A stretch of 64,000 nucleotides of DNA from Squalus acanthias (GCA_030390025.1 JASTWF010000036.1:2978001-3042000); one strand, 5' to 3'. Shown: positions 1-13,040, numbered from the stretch's first letter. The notes: generated from the letters alone by a model not told the origin. Translations and numbers: made by a program.

Positions 1-216
1 AGGCGTAAGAGTTTCGTGGGCATTCGCTGGGCAGTAGTTGGGCAAATAGTCTAACTCTCCGCCAGCAAATGTCCATTTCCTGCACATTCATACGATCTGT
101 CAAGCGGAAACTTGACAGCTCGCAAGCTCCGGGTTTTCGCGCCTGCGCATCGGATGCATAAACCCGGAACTTGCGGGGCACTTATGACCGCACATAGGCC
201 CCAGAAAATCCGGGCC
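1..216. mobile_element. Right end of a TIR (MITE-like, probably PIF/Harbinger) element, cut by the window edge
   Basis: CpG-rich with internal hairpins (CTGTCAAG/CTTGACAG; GCAAGCTCCGGGTTT/AAACCCGGAACTTGC). Ends ...AAAATCCGGGCC like the other TIR elements in the window. Confidence 0.55.
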
Positions 217-261
217 AATATTTTTCATTTATTCCAATAGTATTGTGAAATTAGTAACAAT

Positions 262-2711
262 ACTGTGGAGGAGGAATTCCTGGAGTGTTTACGGGATGGT
301 TTCCTGGACTAATATGTCGAGGAACCAACCAGAGAGCAGGCCATCTTAGACTGGGTATTATGTAATGAGAAAGGATTAATTAGCAATCTTGTTGTACGAG
401 GCCCCTTGGGTCGGAACGATCATAATATGATAGAATTCTTCATTAAGATGGAGAGTGAAGTAGTTGACTCAGAGACTAGGGTCCTGAATTTAAATACAGG
501 AAACTACGATGGTATGAGGCGCGAGTTGGGTAGGATTGATTGGGGAATGTCACTCAAAGGGTTGACGGTGGATAGGCAATGGCAAACATTCAAAGACCGC
601 ATGGATGAACTACAGAATTTGTTCATCCCAGTTTGGCATAAGAATAAAACAAAAAAGGTGACTCAACCGTGGCTAACAAGGGAAATTAGGGATAGCATAA
701 GATCCAAGGAGAGGACATATAAATTGGCCAGAAAAAGCAGTAAACCTGAGGATTGGGAGCAGTTTAGGATTCAACAAAGGAGGACAAAGGGATTAATTAA
801 AAAGGGGAAAATAGAATATGAGAGTAAGCTTTCAGGGAACATAAAAACTGACTGTAAAAGCTTTTATAGATATGTGAAGAGAAAAAGATTGGTGAAGTCA
901 AGCGTAGGTCCCTTGCAGTCAGAATCAGGGGAACTTATAATGGGGACCAAAGAAATGGCAGACCAATTAAATACATATTTGGTTCTGTCTTCACAAAGGA
1001 GGACACAAATAACCTCCCAGAGATGTCGGGGAACATAGGGTCTGATGAAAGGGAGGAACTGAAAGAAATCAATATTTGTAGGGAAATGGTGTTAGGGAAA
1101 TTGGCGGGATTGAAGGCCGATAAATCCCCAGGGCCTGATAATCTACATCCTAGGGTACTTAAGGAAGTGGCCCTAGAAATAATAGATGCATTGCTGATCA
1201 TCTTCCAACATTCGATGGAATCTGGAACAATACCCATGGATTGGAGGGTAGCTAATGTTACCCCACTATTCAAAAAAGGTGGTAGAGAGAAAACGGGGAA
1301 TTACAGACCGGTAAGCCTGACATCGGTAGTGGGGAAAATGCTAGAGTCCATCATAAAAGATGTAATAGCAGAGCACTTGGAAAACAGTGACAGGATCGGA
1401 CAAAGTCAACATGGATTTACAAAAGGTAAATCGTGGTTGGCTAATCTACTGGAATTGTTTGAGGATGTAACTGGTAAAATAGATAAGGGAGAACCAGTGG
1501 ATGTGGTGTATTTGGACTTTCAAAAGGCTTCGATAAGGTCTCGCATAAGAGATTAGCATGTAAAGTTAAGGCACATGGGATTGGGGGCAAGATATTGACT
1601 TGGATAGAGAACTGGTTGGCAGACAGAAAGCAAAGAGTTGGAATAAACGGGTCTTTTTCCAAGTGGCAGGCAGTGACTAGTGGGGTACCGCAGGGATCGG
1701 TCCTTGGACCCCAGCTATTCACAATATATATTAATGATCTAGACAAGGGAACTAGATGTAATATCTCCAAGTTTGCAGACGACACAAAGCTGGGTGGGCG
1801 TGTGTGCTGTGAGGAGGATGCCGAGAAACTCCAGGATGATTTGGACAGGTTGGGTGATTGGGCAGAAGCATGGCAGATGCAATATAACGTGGATAAATGC
1901 GAGGTTATCCACTTTGGTGTCAAAAACAGGAAGGCAGATTATTATCTAAATGGCAATAGATTGGGAGAAGGTGAAGTGCAACGAGACCTGGGTGTCCTTG
2001 TGCACCAGTCGCTGAAGGTAAGCATGCAGGTGCAGCAGGCGGTTAAGAAGGCAAATGGTATGTTGGCCTTCGTAGCGAGAGGGTTTGAGTACAGGAACAA
2101 GGATGTCTTGCTGCAGTTGTACAGGGCCTTGGTGAGACCACATCTTGAGTATTGTGTGCAGTTTTGGTCGCCTTATCTGAGGAAGGAAGTTCTTGCCATG
2201 GAAGGAGTTCAGCGAAGATTCACTAGGCTGATACCTGGGATGGCAGGAATGACGTATGAGGAGAGATTGGGTCGATTGGGCTTATACTCGCTGGAGTTTA
2301 GAAGAATGAGAGGGGATCTCATTGAAACTTATAAAATTCTGAAAGGACTGGACAGACTAGATGCAGGAAGGATGTTCCCGATGGTCGGGGAGTCCAGAAC
2401 CAGGGGTTACAGTCTAAGGATAAGGGGTAAGCCATTTAGGACAGAAATGAGGAGGAATTTCTTCACCCAGAGAGTGGTGAACCTGTGGAATTCTCTACCA
2501 CAGAAGGCAGTAGAGGCCAATTCATTAAATATATTCAAGAAGGAGTTGGATATATTTCTTAAGGCTAAAGGGATCAAGGGATATGGGGAGAAAGCAGGGA
2601 CAGGGTTCTGAATTTGGATGATCAGCCATTATCGCATTGAATGGCGGAGCAGGCTCGAGGGGCCGAATGGCCTACTCCTGCTCCTATCTTCTATGTTTCG
2701 ATGTTTCTATG
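262..2711 (+). mobile_element. CR1 LINE, 5'-truncated ORF2 (end of endonuclease plus RT), frameshifted, with 3' UTR and tail
   Basis: Three consecutive ORFs (406-1038, 1023-1556, 1595-2611) with KSPGPD, NYRPVSLTS, QHGF, YLDFQKA, GVPQGSVLGP and KFADDTK motifs. CR1 3' end GGCCGAATGGCCTACTCCTGCTCC followed by a (TTCTATG)-type tail. Confidence 0.95.
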
Positions 2712-2839
2712 AAATGTTCTTTCAGATGCCCCTTGTGTCTCAGTTGATAAATGTACCTTGTTAAGTGACACTGAGCCAAGGAAAACAGGGAAGGGCAGTT
2801 CCTGGGATGTGCTGGGTTAGCTGAGCCATTTCAAAAGGA

Positions 2840-3350
2840 ATTCCATGCAAGTGTGTTAAGTGTTTGTACACTAATCTCCACACAGTGTAATTTAAGGCCT
2901 GATTGTTGAATCTGTGAGCTCTGATCACAAATGAGTGTCTGTTCGGGGAACTCGAGTAATATTGGCAGATGCAAATCTCTTTTTCAAAACTTCAACAGCT
3001 CTTTGTTCTGCATATGTAAATTTGTATTGATATTTTCTTGTATTTTCTTCAAATATTTGAGACCTAAGGCAGTGTTTGGCCTGATCGGGAAAAGAAAACT
3101 GACAACCATGGAGATTGTGTGACACAGACATCAGGAAAATTGCCATCAAAATGTTCCCTCAGGAATATATTTGTGGAGGTCCTGGCAGAGTGCATCTACT
3201 GTATACATGAGAAGTTTTGATCCCCCCTCCTCTCCTCTTGGACTGTGAGTGCAGGAGTAGGGAACATTCATCAAGCAAAAATTGAGATGAGAAATATCCC
3301 TCCACAGCCTCCTCCCTCCATCTCCCGGAGTGATGGAGTTGGGCAATAGA
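2840..3350 (-). pseudogene. Possible highly decayed Harbinger/HARBI1-like transposase fragment
   Basis: Minus-strand peptides TVDALCQDLH, RFASANITRVPRTDTH and VIRAH..RLVYKH loosely follow the HARBI1-type order ELCxLL / GFPRVxGAIDCTH / VAIRAP / VQLVCDH. Confidence 0.35.
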
Positions 3351-4059
3351 CACTCTGATTAAAAAGATGATGCTGTTTAGAGATGGGATTCAGGGCTATA
3401 AGGAGGAGTACAGATGGAGGTGGTCAGCTGCTGTGCGGAACTTGATGGTTCCTGAGCTGCTGGGACCATGGAAGTCCCACCCCAAGGAAGATAACTGGTC
3501 AAAGATGAAGACTGTTGGATGGTAGGTTGGATATGTATTGTGCAGTTACGTTTGATTTACCTTTGGGGGCTCCAGGAGAAACTTTGAGAGCCTTTCCTCA
3601 GAGAATTAAATGAGTTGAGTGTGATCCGTGATAGAGCAGATTTTACATGATCTATGGAGGTAACTTGCTTCGTATGTCAAAGGCCTATTCTCATTCCATT
3701 CCCTCTCTCTTATGGTCTTATCCTTTTCTACCTTATCTCTTATCCAAGACCATCCAGGCAGGAAACTTCCTTCCAGGCCTCTGCTTTTGCTCTGAAACTG
3801 GCTATTGAGACTGAATACTGGACTGGTGGTTCACTGGCCTCCAAACCTTATCCGAAGGATAATGCCAGTGACTGGAAGCTGACTAGCTACATGTAACAAT
3901 CCACTATTTCCCTTCAGAATGGGACTTCCAGCGAGGAAGCAGAAAACAGCTGTGACTTTTATTTAGCATGCGGAATGATGCAGACCTCCGTGAAAATCCA
4001 TGAGTTTCCTTTTCCTCTTTCTGATCTTTTCTGTTCACCAAATGCTTATAGTTGGAGAG

Positions 4060-4690
4060 TCGGAGCCCCAGTCCAGGGTTTGAGAGCACATAATCTAGGC
4101 TGACACTGTGCAGTACTGACGGAGTGCTGCAACATCAGAGATGCCAACCAGCGTTAAACTGAGGCCCCGGCTGCTTATTCAGGTGGACGTTAAAGATCCC
4201 ATTGCACTTGTCAATAAAGGGCAGGGAGATCTCGCAGTGTCCTGACCCAACATTCTTCCCTCAACTAATATGACCAAAAAAGCAGTTCAACTGCTCATTC
4301 AACTCGTTGTTTGTGGGATCTTGCCGAGCACAAAAGGGCTGCTGCATTTGTTTGCGTAACAACAGTAACTGCACTTCAAAGCAATCCATAAGAGAGTGTT
4401 TGAAGACCAGGACCTCAAACCCGGCACTAAGCTCATGGTCTACAGAGCAGCAGTGATACCCGCCCTGCTGTATGCCTCAGAGACATGGACCATGTACAGC
4501 AGGCACCTCAAAGCACTGGAGAGGTGCCACCAACGCTGCCTCCGCAAGATCCTGCAAATCCATTGGCAGGATAGGCACACCAATGTCAGTGTTCTCGCTC
4601 AGGCCAACAAGAGTAGGCTCTCTTCCATAAGAAGAAGATTGTACATGAAGCACTTTGGGACTTTTCTGAAAGGTGTGATAAGGCACAATA
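4060..4690 (+). mobile_element. SacSINE1/DeuSINE-type SINE, interrupted by an RTE fragment
   Basis: ATAATCTAGGCTGACACT..CAGTACTGA..GAGTGCTGC and AAAGATCCCA body shared with the many other copies in the window. Confidence 0.75.
4390..4638 (+). mobile_element. RTE-clade LINE fragment
   Basis: ORF 4396 reads TKLMVYRAAVIPALLYASETWT...HQRCLRKILQIHWQDR, typical of the RTE C-terminal region. Ends in an AGA repeat. Confidence 0.85.
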
Positions 4691-6239
4691 AGCAACTGTT
4701 TCGACCAAGGGTTCTGCTGTTTAGTCATTGAAACTAAAAATCCACTGCTCAGTTTTGTAACACTTATTGTAGATTCATCGTCACAATGACTTCTGCAGCT
4801 TGCACAAGTATAGACTTCATCACTTTCCCCCTAACCTACCGTGGCTGCCTTTCCTCTCAAATTGAAAGGATTTTTTTTTGCCTGTTTCTCCCCCCACCCC
4901 CTCCTCCCCCTTCCCCGCTTCCCAAAGGTGTGAGCAGCCCTTCAGTACCTTGGTTATTGTTCACGTACGAGTCTAGGAGTCAACAGGCCATTCAACAGAG
5001 GACATCAGAGCCAAGCTGAATGCGGTCCCCGCCTGACATTCAGGTGTATGCGCTTTCCAGACAGGTGCCTGCTCAATGGATACTGGACAGTGAATCCCCG
5101 GTGAGTTGTCAGCAGTGGGAATCCTGGCTGATTTTTCCTCTCCTGAGCTTAGGGTCAATTTTAACGTCTCAACTCCTGTCGCTTACAACAGGAAGGAAGC
5201 ACAGTACGCAGTAACATTTCCTGACAAGGCTTGAGAGGAAACATTAGCCATCTTCAAAATAATTCTTTACACGGCATATATCTAAATGTTCATGAGGCAA
5301 ATGTATAAACACCTAAAAAGGGTCAAATTTGGTCGGTCTGAATTCGAGTGAAAATTCACCACTTAAGCCTGCAGAGTGCCGAGAAATGAAACAGTGACAG
5401 GATTAAACACTCCAAGGCCATGCAGGTCAAGGGTCGGATAGAACCCAGGCCTCCTTTGACATGTATATTACCCTGATAATCGCCCTCAAATGCATCAAAA
5501 TCATATTTCTATTGACCTACGTGCACCTTCTTATCATTATCGGCATCTCCAAGTGAGATTGTTAAATTGAGGGACAGGTTTGTGAACTGCGTTATACTGC
5601 AGGCCGGATTAAGACTGCTCAGTCTCATTTCACATGGAAGCCTCGACGACCATTAGAAAGAAGACTCCATCATCTGGGACGGATTTGTCTGGACGACTTT
5701 TCCTCTTTTACACTTTAACATCTGATGGTTAACCCACTGTGGCCTCTGTCTGTCTCATCTTCAATATAAACATTTCACTTTATGAGAAGCAGTTTGACAT
5801 GTGTTAGCTGTAACAATATATCCGTTTCAGTAAGTAATTTAGAGACATTCCCTCAGCTGTAGTGTTTGTATGAAGACTGCAATTTATGTCTATAATGCAA
5901 TTCAGGCTTTAACCTTGCGCTCTCTTATATCATCTCCTCCTTACTCTGTTTACAACCAGAACATGTCTCTCTTAATCTCTGCCATGCCTAGGTAACCCGA
6001 ATTCCCTTTGTGTCCATTTACTTGTGCATTTTGGCTGCCACTCCAGACCAGAGCACATCACTTCTATCTACCTATCTTTCTCTTTGCCCCTTCTCTCCTG
6101 TCTCCACGCCTTCCTGTCACCCAGTCATGCCACCTTCCATTTCTCCCCTCTCGGGTACTTTGTCCACTCTCCTCCCACCCAGCAATCCCTACCCCAACCC
6201 TTCACTATTCATCTGCCTTCCTACTGTCTTGCAGGTGTC

Positions 6240-7250
6240 CCAGGCTTGAATCCCCCTTGAAGAAACCCAAAGCTACCTCTGTCCTCTCTCAGCATTCTGC
6301 GGTGGGCTAATCGAGGCACCTATTGGTTCCTCCTTACAAGCAGCAACCCCACATGCCCCATCCAAATCTCTCGCTGACTTTTCCGCCCAGCGCGCCCGCT
6401 GGGGGCTAATCTTACCAACCTCCTTCCTGTCCCGCTCACATCACTCACTATTGCCTCCTCAGACTCCGCCAGTGAATCAATAATCATTGCCCCTCTCCAC
6501 ATTTTCCTCCAGAATGTCCATTCACTTGTGAACAAAGCCTTCGCCATCCATGACCTTACTGTGGATGGTTGTATTAACGTCATTCTCTTGAATGAAACTT
6601 GGCTCACGGGAGATGACATCTTCCCCCTGACTAAAGCCTCCCCGCCTGGCTATACTTTCCAATACCTGCCTCGCCCAAATTGCCATGATGGTGGTGTGGC
6701 CCTTTTCACCAAATCACACCTTGGTCTGTCCCCCTACTCCTCTGGCAACTTCCCCTCCTTTGAGCATCTCACCTTGTTCCACCCCTCGCCTTTAAAATCC
6801 TCATTCTCTACCGCCCACCCAAGCCCCACACAAAGTTTCTCATCGAGATATCTTCACTGCTTTCCTCCCTCAGCCTCTGCACTAAGTGACTCCTCGGTGA
6901 TTTCAATTTCCATCTCAACTCACCTTGCCCTCTCTGCGCTGATTTCACTGTCCTCCTGTCTTCTCTAAAACTTTCCCTCCATATAAACCTATCACACATA
7001 TTCACGGCCACCCCTTGGCCTTGCCATCTCACGTGTCCTCTCTACTCCCATAATCTCGATCACAGACAAAACCATCTTTGATCACTTCCTTGTATCCCTC
7101 ACCACTCACAACCCCCTTCCCCCTTCCAACCCCACTTCCTTCTGCATCTGCCCCCGGAAAAAAAACACTCCTTCAAGTAATTTACAACTGCACTTTCAAA
7201 TTCCCAACTTTCTAGCCTTTGGCTCTCCACTTGCCACAATACTTGTCTGC
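6240..7250 (+). mobile_element. L2-clade LINE, decayed ORF2 N-terminus (AP endonuclease)
   Basis: LQNVHSLVNKA..ILLNETWL..SPPGYTF..PR..GGVAL APE motifs. C/T-rich strand bias typical of L2. Confidence 0.8.
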
Positions 7251-8854
7251 TAACTCAGCAGAGACCAGGGGTGGAACCTGAGACCTTCCTGATCCCTATG
7301 GCTCAGTACCACACTGTGCATTTACCCACTGAGACATGAACATCACAAGGAAAAACTAACGGGGATGGGGGCAGATTTCCTCTGTTGCCTATTTGTAGCA
7401 AAACCACAAAGATTAACTGACTTTTCCCCTCCCTAGCCCATGGGCACTGAATTGTAGCGACTCCTAGTGCCACCCAGGATGAAATCAGCAAACTCAGCTC
7501 AGGCTGTGGACTGAACTTGGATTTTCCCTGTCTGTATGGCTCACTACCACACCGGATGACACCCCTGAGCCATTGGGGCAGCTCAATTTAGAATTACTGA
7601 GAGCTCAGTACTCAGAACTTTCTGTCAACATTAGAAAGAAACCCTGACATTAAGATGTAAATAACAACTGACAGTGCAGGTCAGTGGAGCTTTCATTTCC
7701 TTCAGTCTGCCACTCAATCTTCCATGAGCAACTTAAGTGCCCAGATACATAATACATCCATTCTTCCGCTCCAGTAATGGCCATTAGCTAACTCAACATG
7801 ACGACTGCTATGGGATTGTGGGAAATGCCCTTTTGGTAACATCAGCTTTGTTTTTCCAAGCTCTGCGGTAAGACCATCAAGCCCACTTAGGCACCATCTG
7901 AAAAAAATCCTCAGCGTTACCCCAAACACAAATAGCAGCGACATTTCAGTCCTGCAGTTATAACCATTAGTTTGACAGCTAAAGAGGCAACAAAACTGTT
8001 TCACATAGGTACAATAATTCCTTAAACTCACTAAAAATAGCAAATGACTTTTCTCCCACTGGTTGGTCTTTGTAGAGATTTTGCGTACACAGTTAATTTA
8101 AAAGGGACCAGCGCCACTAGCAAATGATAACAGGCCAGGTAAAGGAAGGAACTGTGCAACTTGCATTTGCATCTTCTTGTCGATAGTAATGGTACTTTTG
8201 AATCTGATTGTTTAATACAGTAGCTGGGTCATGGTGCCCATTGAAGCATGAAGAGAATCGGTCTGAGCTAGGGCAGGAGGGAGGGCATGGTCCCTTCATG
8301 CATCAATCAAGCCTGTCCAAGAATTGAAAACTGCTCTCATATCTGGGAGGCTCTTCCAATACATCTCTACACTCCTGGACAGGATACTAGAGAACCCTTG
8401 TTCTCTGATAAGCGACTCCTCTCTCACACCCAACCTCCAACTTCACCGTCACAGCCTTTCAGGTGTTTTCCTATTTTACTGATACTACTATGGTCAGTGC
8501 TCATCTGAACTTTTGTTTCTTGTTCCTCCTAAACTCCTAATACCCCATCTACCCACTCTTCCTACTCACTACGTCCTCACTGCATTGAAATCAAGACTCA
8601 ATGCACCATCTCCTACTCTTCTCTCCCAGGATCTTGAAACTATGGAACTCCTTGCTTTCCTCAGTCTTTCCTTCCTCCTACAATCTACAGGGGTTTTAAA
8701 CTCAAATTTGATGCCACCTTATCACTACATCTGAATTACCTCAACTTATCTCCTAGACTTTTTAACTGTGGCGTGTCCTGTACACTGGACATTAACCTTT
8801 TAGCTAGGTTACCTCAAAAAAGGGTGTCTTTTGGCGGGATGACTAAGTAATAAC

Positions 8855-10025
8855 ATCCCCTATCTCCACCCTTGCCTCAGCTCATCAATGCCTTTGTTAC
8901 CTCTAGACTCGACTATTCCAATGCTCTCCTGGCTGGCCTCCCACCTTGCATCCTCTATAAACTTTAGCTCATCCAAAACTCTGCTACTCTTATCCTAACT
9001 TTCACTAAGACCCGTTCACCCATCGCTGACCTACACTGGCTCTCCGTCCGGCAACGCCTCAATTAAAAAATTCTCATCTTTGTTTTCAAATCCCTCCATG
9101 GCCTCGCCCCTCCACATCTCTGTAACCTCCTCCAGTACTACAACCAACAACAACAACAACAACTTGTATTTATATAGCACCTTTAACGTAGTAAAACGTC
9201 CCAAGGCGCTGCACAGGAGTGTTATAAGACAAAAAATTTGACACCGAGCCACATAAGGATAAATTAGGGCAGTGACCAAAAGCTTGGTCAAAGAGGTAGG
9301 TTTTAAGGAGCGTCTTAAAGGAGGAAAGAGAGGTAGCGAGGCGGAGAGGTTTAGGCAGGGAATTCCAGAGCTTAGGGCCTAGGCAACAGAAGGCACGACA
9401 ACCAAAGGTTGAGCGATTATAATCAGGGATGCTCAAGAGGGCAGAATTAGAGGAGCGCAGATATCTCAGAGGGTTGTGGGCCTGAAGGAGATTACAGAGA
9501 TAGGAAGGGGCGAGGCCATGGAGGGCTTTGAAAACAAGGATGAGAATTTTGAAATCGAGGCGCTGCTTAACTGGGAGCCAATGTAGGTCAGCGAGCACAG
9601 GGCAGATGGGCGAATGGGACTTGGCGCGAGTTAGGACACATGCAGCTGAGCTTTGGATGACCTCAAGTTTACGTAGGGTGGAATGTGGGAGGCCAGCCAG
9701 GAGTGCGTTGGAATAGTCAACCCTCCAAGATCTCTGCACTCCTTCAATTCTGGCCTCTTGCGCATCCCCAATTTTTATTGCTCCACCGCGGCTTCAGCTG
9801 CCTTGGCCCTAAGATCTGGAATTCCCTGCCTAAACCTCTCCACCTATCTAACTCTCTCTCCTCCTTTAAGGCGCTTCTTAAAACCTACCTCTTTGACCAA
9901 GCTTTTGGTCACCTGTCCTAATATCACCTTATGTGCCTTGGTGTCAAATTTTGATTACGCTCCTGTGAAGCGCCTTGGGACGTTTTACTATGTTAAAGGC
10001 GCTATATAAATACAAGTTGCTGTTG
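8855..10025 (+). mobile_element. L2 LINE 3' end, split by an inverted L2
   Basis: GACTATTCCAATGCTCTCCTGGCTGGCCTC (DYSNALLAGL), KTYLFDQAF and terminal GGCGCTATATAAATACAAGTTG. Confidence 0.9.
9145..9717 (-). mobile_element. L2 LINE 3' end inserted antisense into another L2
   Basis: ORF 9170-9739(-) reads DYSNALLAGLP..LHWLPV..FKTLLKTYLF. The (GTT)n tail lies at 9145-9163. Confidence 0.9.
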
Positions 10026-10420
10026 ATGATATCTACGGAGACATTCTCAGGTTGAACTTTCCAACTGATAACATGGGTATGGAAATGGGATGGGGCGGGG
10101 GGTGGCGGCGAGGAGGTGTTAAAAAAGAACAAAAGGACACAGGTTAAAGTCATTTAAACACAAATAAAGAGAGCTCTTAAGAGTGTATTTACAATGGGAC
10201 AAATGTCAGAGAAATTTGTTGCTTCTACAAGACAGTAAGCACAAGCAATCATCAGAGTTAGTAGACACACTACCAGCTGTCCATGACTAGGTACATGACT
10301 ACTGCTTGCGGTCAAGCTATTGGGTGAAATAAAGCAAGCAGTCCAATTGTTGATTGATCTTCTGCTCCACTAACACAAGGAGCAAGCACAATTAGATTGT
10401 CAAAGGATACAAAAACAACA

Positions 10421-10722
10421 CTGGTTAGCACTGTTGCCTCACAGCGCCAGGGACCCGGGTTCGAATCCGGCCCGGGTGACTGTCTGTGTGGAGTTTGCAC
10501 ATTCTCCCCGTGTCTGCGTGGGTTTCCTCCGGGTGCTCCGGTTTCCTCCCACAGTCCAAAGATGTGCGGGTTAGGTTGATTTGGCTATGATAAATTGACC
10601 CTTAGTGTTAGGGGGGATTAAATACGTGGGGTTACGGGGATAGGGTGGGATATGTGTCGGTGCAGGCTCAATGGGCCGAAATGGCCTCTATCTGCATTGT
10701 GGGGATTCTGTGATTTCTGTGA
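10421..10722 (+). mobile_element. HE1-type V-SINE (tRNA-derived, CR1-like tail), 5'-clipped
   Basis: TGGTTAGCACTG..GGTTCGAATCC (Pol III boxes), V-domain GTGGAGTTTGCACATTCTCCCCGTGTCTGCGTGGGTTTCCTCCGGGTGCTCCGG and tail GGGCCGAAATGGCCT..TTCTGTGA. Confidence 0.85.
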
Positions 10723-10761
10723 ATACTATTTCTGTCTGCAGTCAAGTCAGACTCTGCCCTA

Positions 10762-13040
10762 AAACAACAACAGAAAATCCTGGAAATACTCAGCAGGTCA
10801 GGCAGCATCGTGGAGAGAGAAACAGAGTTAACATTTCAGGTCAATGACCTTTCGTCAGAACTGGAAAAAACTGGAGATGGAACAGGTTTTTAAGCAAGTG
10901 CAGGGCAGGGAAAGGGGGGAAGGGAGGAAAGAACAAAAGGGAAGGTCTGTGATAGGGTGGAAGGCAGGAGAGATTAAAGGACAAAAGGGATGATGGTACA
11001 AGGCTAAAGGAGATGGTAATGGGACAAGTTAAGAAACAAAAGATGACTCTAGATGAGGTGTAAATGGCACTGGCAGAATCATCAACAGCTGCCCTGTGAG
11101 AGAAAAAAGAAAAGATAGGGGCCGAGGTTATAGTCTGAAGTTGTTGAACTCGATGTTGAGTCCAGAAGGCTGTAAAGTGCCTAATCGAAAGATGAGGTGC
11201 TGTTCCTCGAGCTTATGTTGAGCTTCGTTGGAACAATGTAAGAGGCCGAGGAAAGAGGAACATTTTTTGAGGATGTAACTGGTAAAATAGATAAGGGAGA
11301 ACCAGTGGATGTGGTGTATTTGGACTTCCAAAAGGCTTTTGATAAGGTCCTGCGTAAGAGATTAGTGTGTAAAGTTAAGGCACATGGGATCGGGGGCAAG
11401 GTACTGACTTGGATAGAGAACTGGTTGGCAGACAGAAAGCAAAGAGTTGGAATAAACAGGTCTTTTTCTGAGTGGCAGGCAGTGACTAGTGGGGTACCGC
11501 AGGGATCGGTCCTTGGACCCCAGCTATTCACAATATATATTAATGATCTAGACCAGGGAACTAGATGTAATATCTCCAAGTTTGCAGACAACACAAAACT
11601 GGGTGGGCGTGTGTGCTGCGAGGAGGATGCTGAGAATCTCCAGGATGATTTGGACAGGTTGGGTGATTGGGCAGAAGCGTGGCAGATGCAATATAACGTG
11701 GATAAATGCGAGGTTATCCACTTTGGTGTCAAAAACAGAAAGGCAGATTATTATCTGAATGGCAATAGATTGGGAGAAGGTGAAGTGCAACAAGACCTGG
11801 GTGTCCTTGTGCACCAGTCGCTGAAGGTAAGCATGCAGGTGCAGCAGGCGGTTAAGGCGGAAAATGGTATGTTGGCCTTCATAGCGAGAGGGTTTGAGTA
11901 CAGGAACAAGGATGTCTTGCTGCAGTTGTACAGGGCCTTGGTGAGACCACACCTTCAGTACTGTGTGCAGTTTTGGTTGCCTTATCTGAGGAAGGATGTT
12001 CTTGCCATGGAAGGAGTTCAGCGAAGATTCACAAGGCTGATACCTGGGATGGCAGGAATGACGTATGAAGAGAGATTGGGTCGATTGGGCTTATACTCGC
12101 TGGAGTTTAGAAGAATGAGAGGGGATCTCATTGAAACTTATAAAATTCTGACAGGACAGGACAAACTAGATGCAGGAAGGATGTTCCCGATGGTCGGGGA
12201 GTCCAGAACTAGGGGTCACAGTCTAAGGATAAGGGGTAAGCCATTTAGGACAGAAATGAGGAGGAATTTCTTCACCCAGAGAGTGGTGAACCTGTGGAAT
12301 TCTCTACCACAGAAGGCAGTAGAGGCCAATTCGTTAAATATATTCAAGAAGGAGTTGGATATATTTCTTAAGGCTAAAGGGATCAAGGGATATGGGGAGA
12401 AAGCAGGGACAGGGTACTGAATTTGGATGATCAGCCATGATCGCATTGAATGGCGGAGCAGGCTAGAGGGGCCGAATGGCCTACTCCTGCTCCTATCTTC
12501 TATGATTCTATGAAGAGAGGTCAGAGTGGGAGTGGAGTAGAGAATTAAAGTGACAGACAACTGGAAGCTTGGGGTCACGCTTACGGACTGAACGGAAGTG
12601 TTCCGCAAAGCGGTCACCCAATCTGCGTTTGGTTTCCCCAGTGTGGAGGAGACCGCATCGTGAGCAGCGAATACAGTATACTAAATTGCAAGAAGTACAA
12701 GTAAATCGCTGTTTCACCTGAAAGGAGTGTTTGGGGCCCTGGACAGTGGGAAGGGAGGAGGTAAAAGGGCAGGTGCTGCATCTCCTGCGCTTGCACGGGA
12801 AGGTACCGTGGGAAGGGGAAGGGGTGATAGAGGAGTGGACCAGGGTGTCGTGGAGGGAGCGGTCCCTTCGGAATGCTGAAAGGGGGGGGGAGGGGAAGAT
12901 GTGTTTGGTGGTGGGATCACGCTGGAGGTGGCGGAAATGGCGGAGGATGATCCGTTGAATGTGGAGGCTGGTGGGGTGAAAGGTGAGGACAAGGGGAACC
13001 CTATCGTGGTTCTGGGAGGGAGGGGAAGGGGTGAGAGCAG
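10762..13040 (-). mobile_element. Penelope-like retroelement (GIY-YIG end), split by a CR1
   Basis: Minus ORF NLVYCIRCSRCGLLHTGETKRRLGDRFAEH (GIY-YIG), continuing past the CR1 as LEEQHLIFRLGTLQPSGLNIEFNNF. Terminal CCTGACCTGCTGAGTATTTCCAG. Confidence 0.9.
11258..12512 (+). mobile_element. CR1 LINE, 5'-truncated RT region, same subfamily as 262-2711
   Basis: Open 371-aa ORF at 11305-12420. Flanking AAGAG direct repeat at 11253-11257 and 12513-12517. Confidence 0.95.

Noticed and set aside
935..1923. Minus-strand ORFs within CR1 (also 11181-11952)
   Set aside because: Routine antisense open frames of CR1 RT sequence.
262..2711. Active autonomous CR1
   Set aside because: 5'-truncated, lacks ORF1, and has at least two frameshifts (near 975 and 1530).
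10421..10475. tRNA genes at SINE heads (also 18670-18740, 26001, 56770-56839)
   Set aside because: The A/B boxes continue directly into SINE bodies and no complete cloverleaf is evident.
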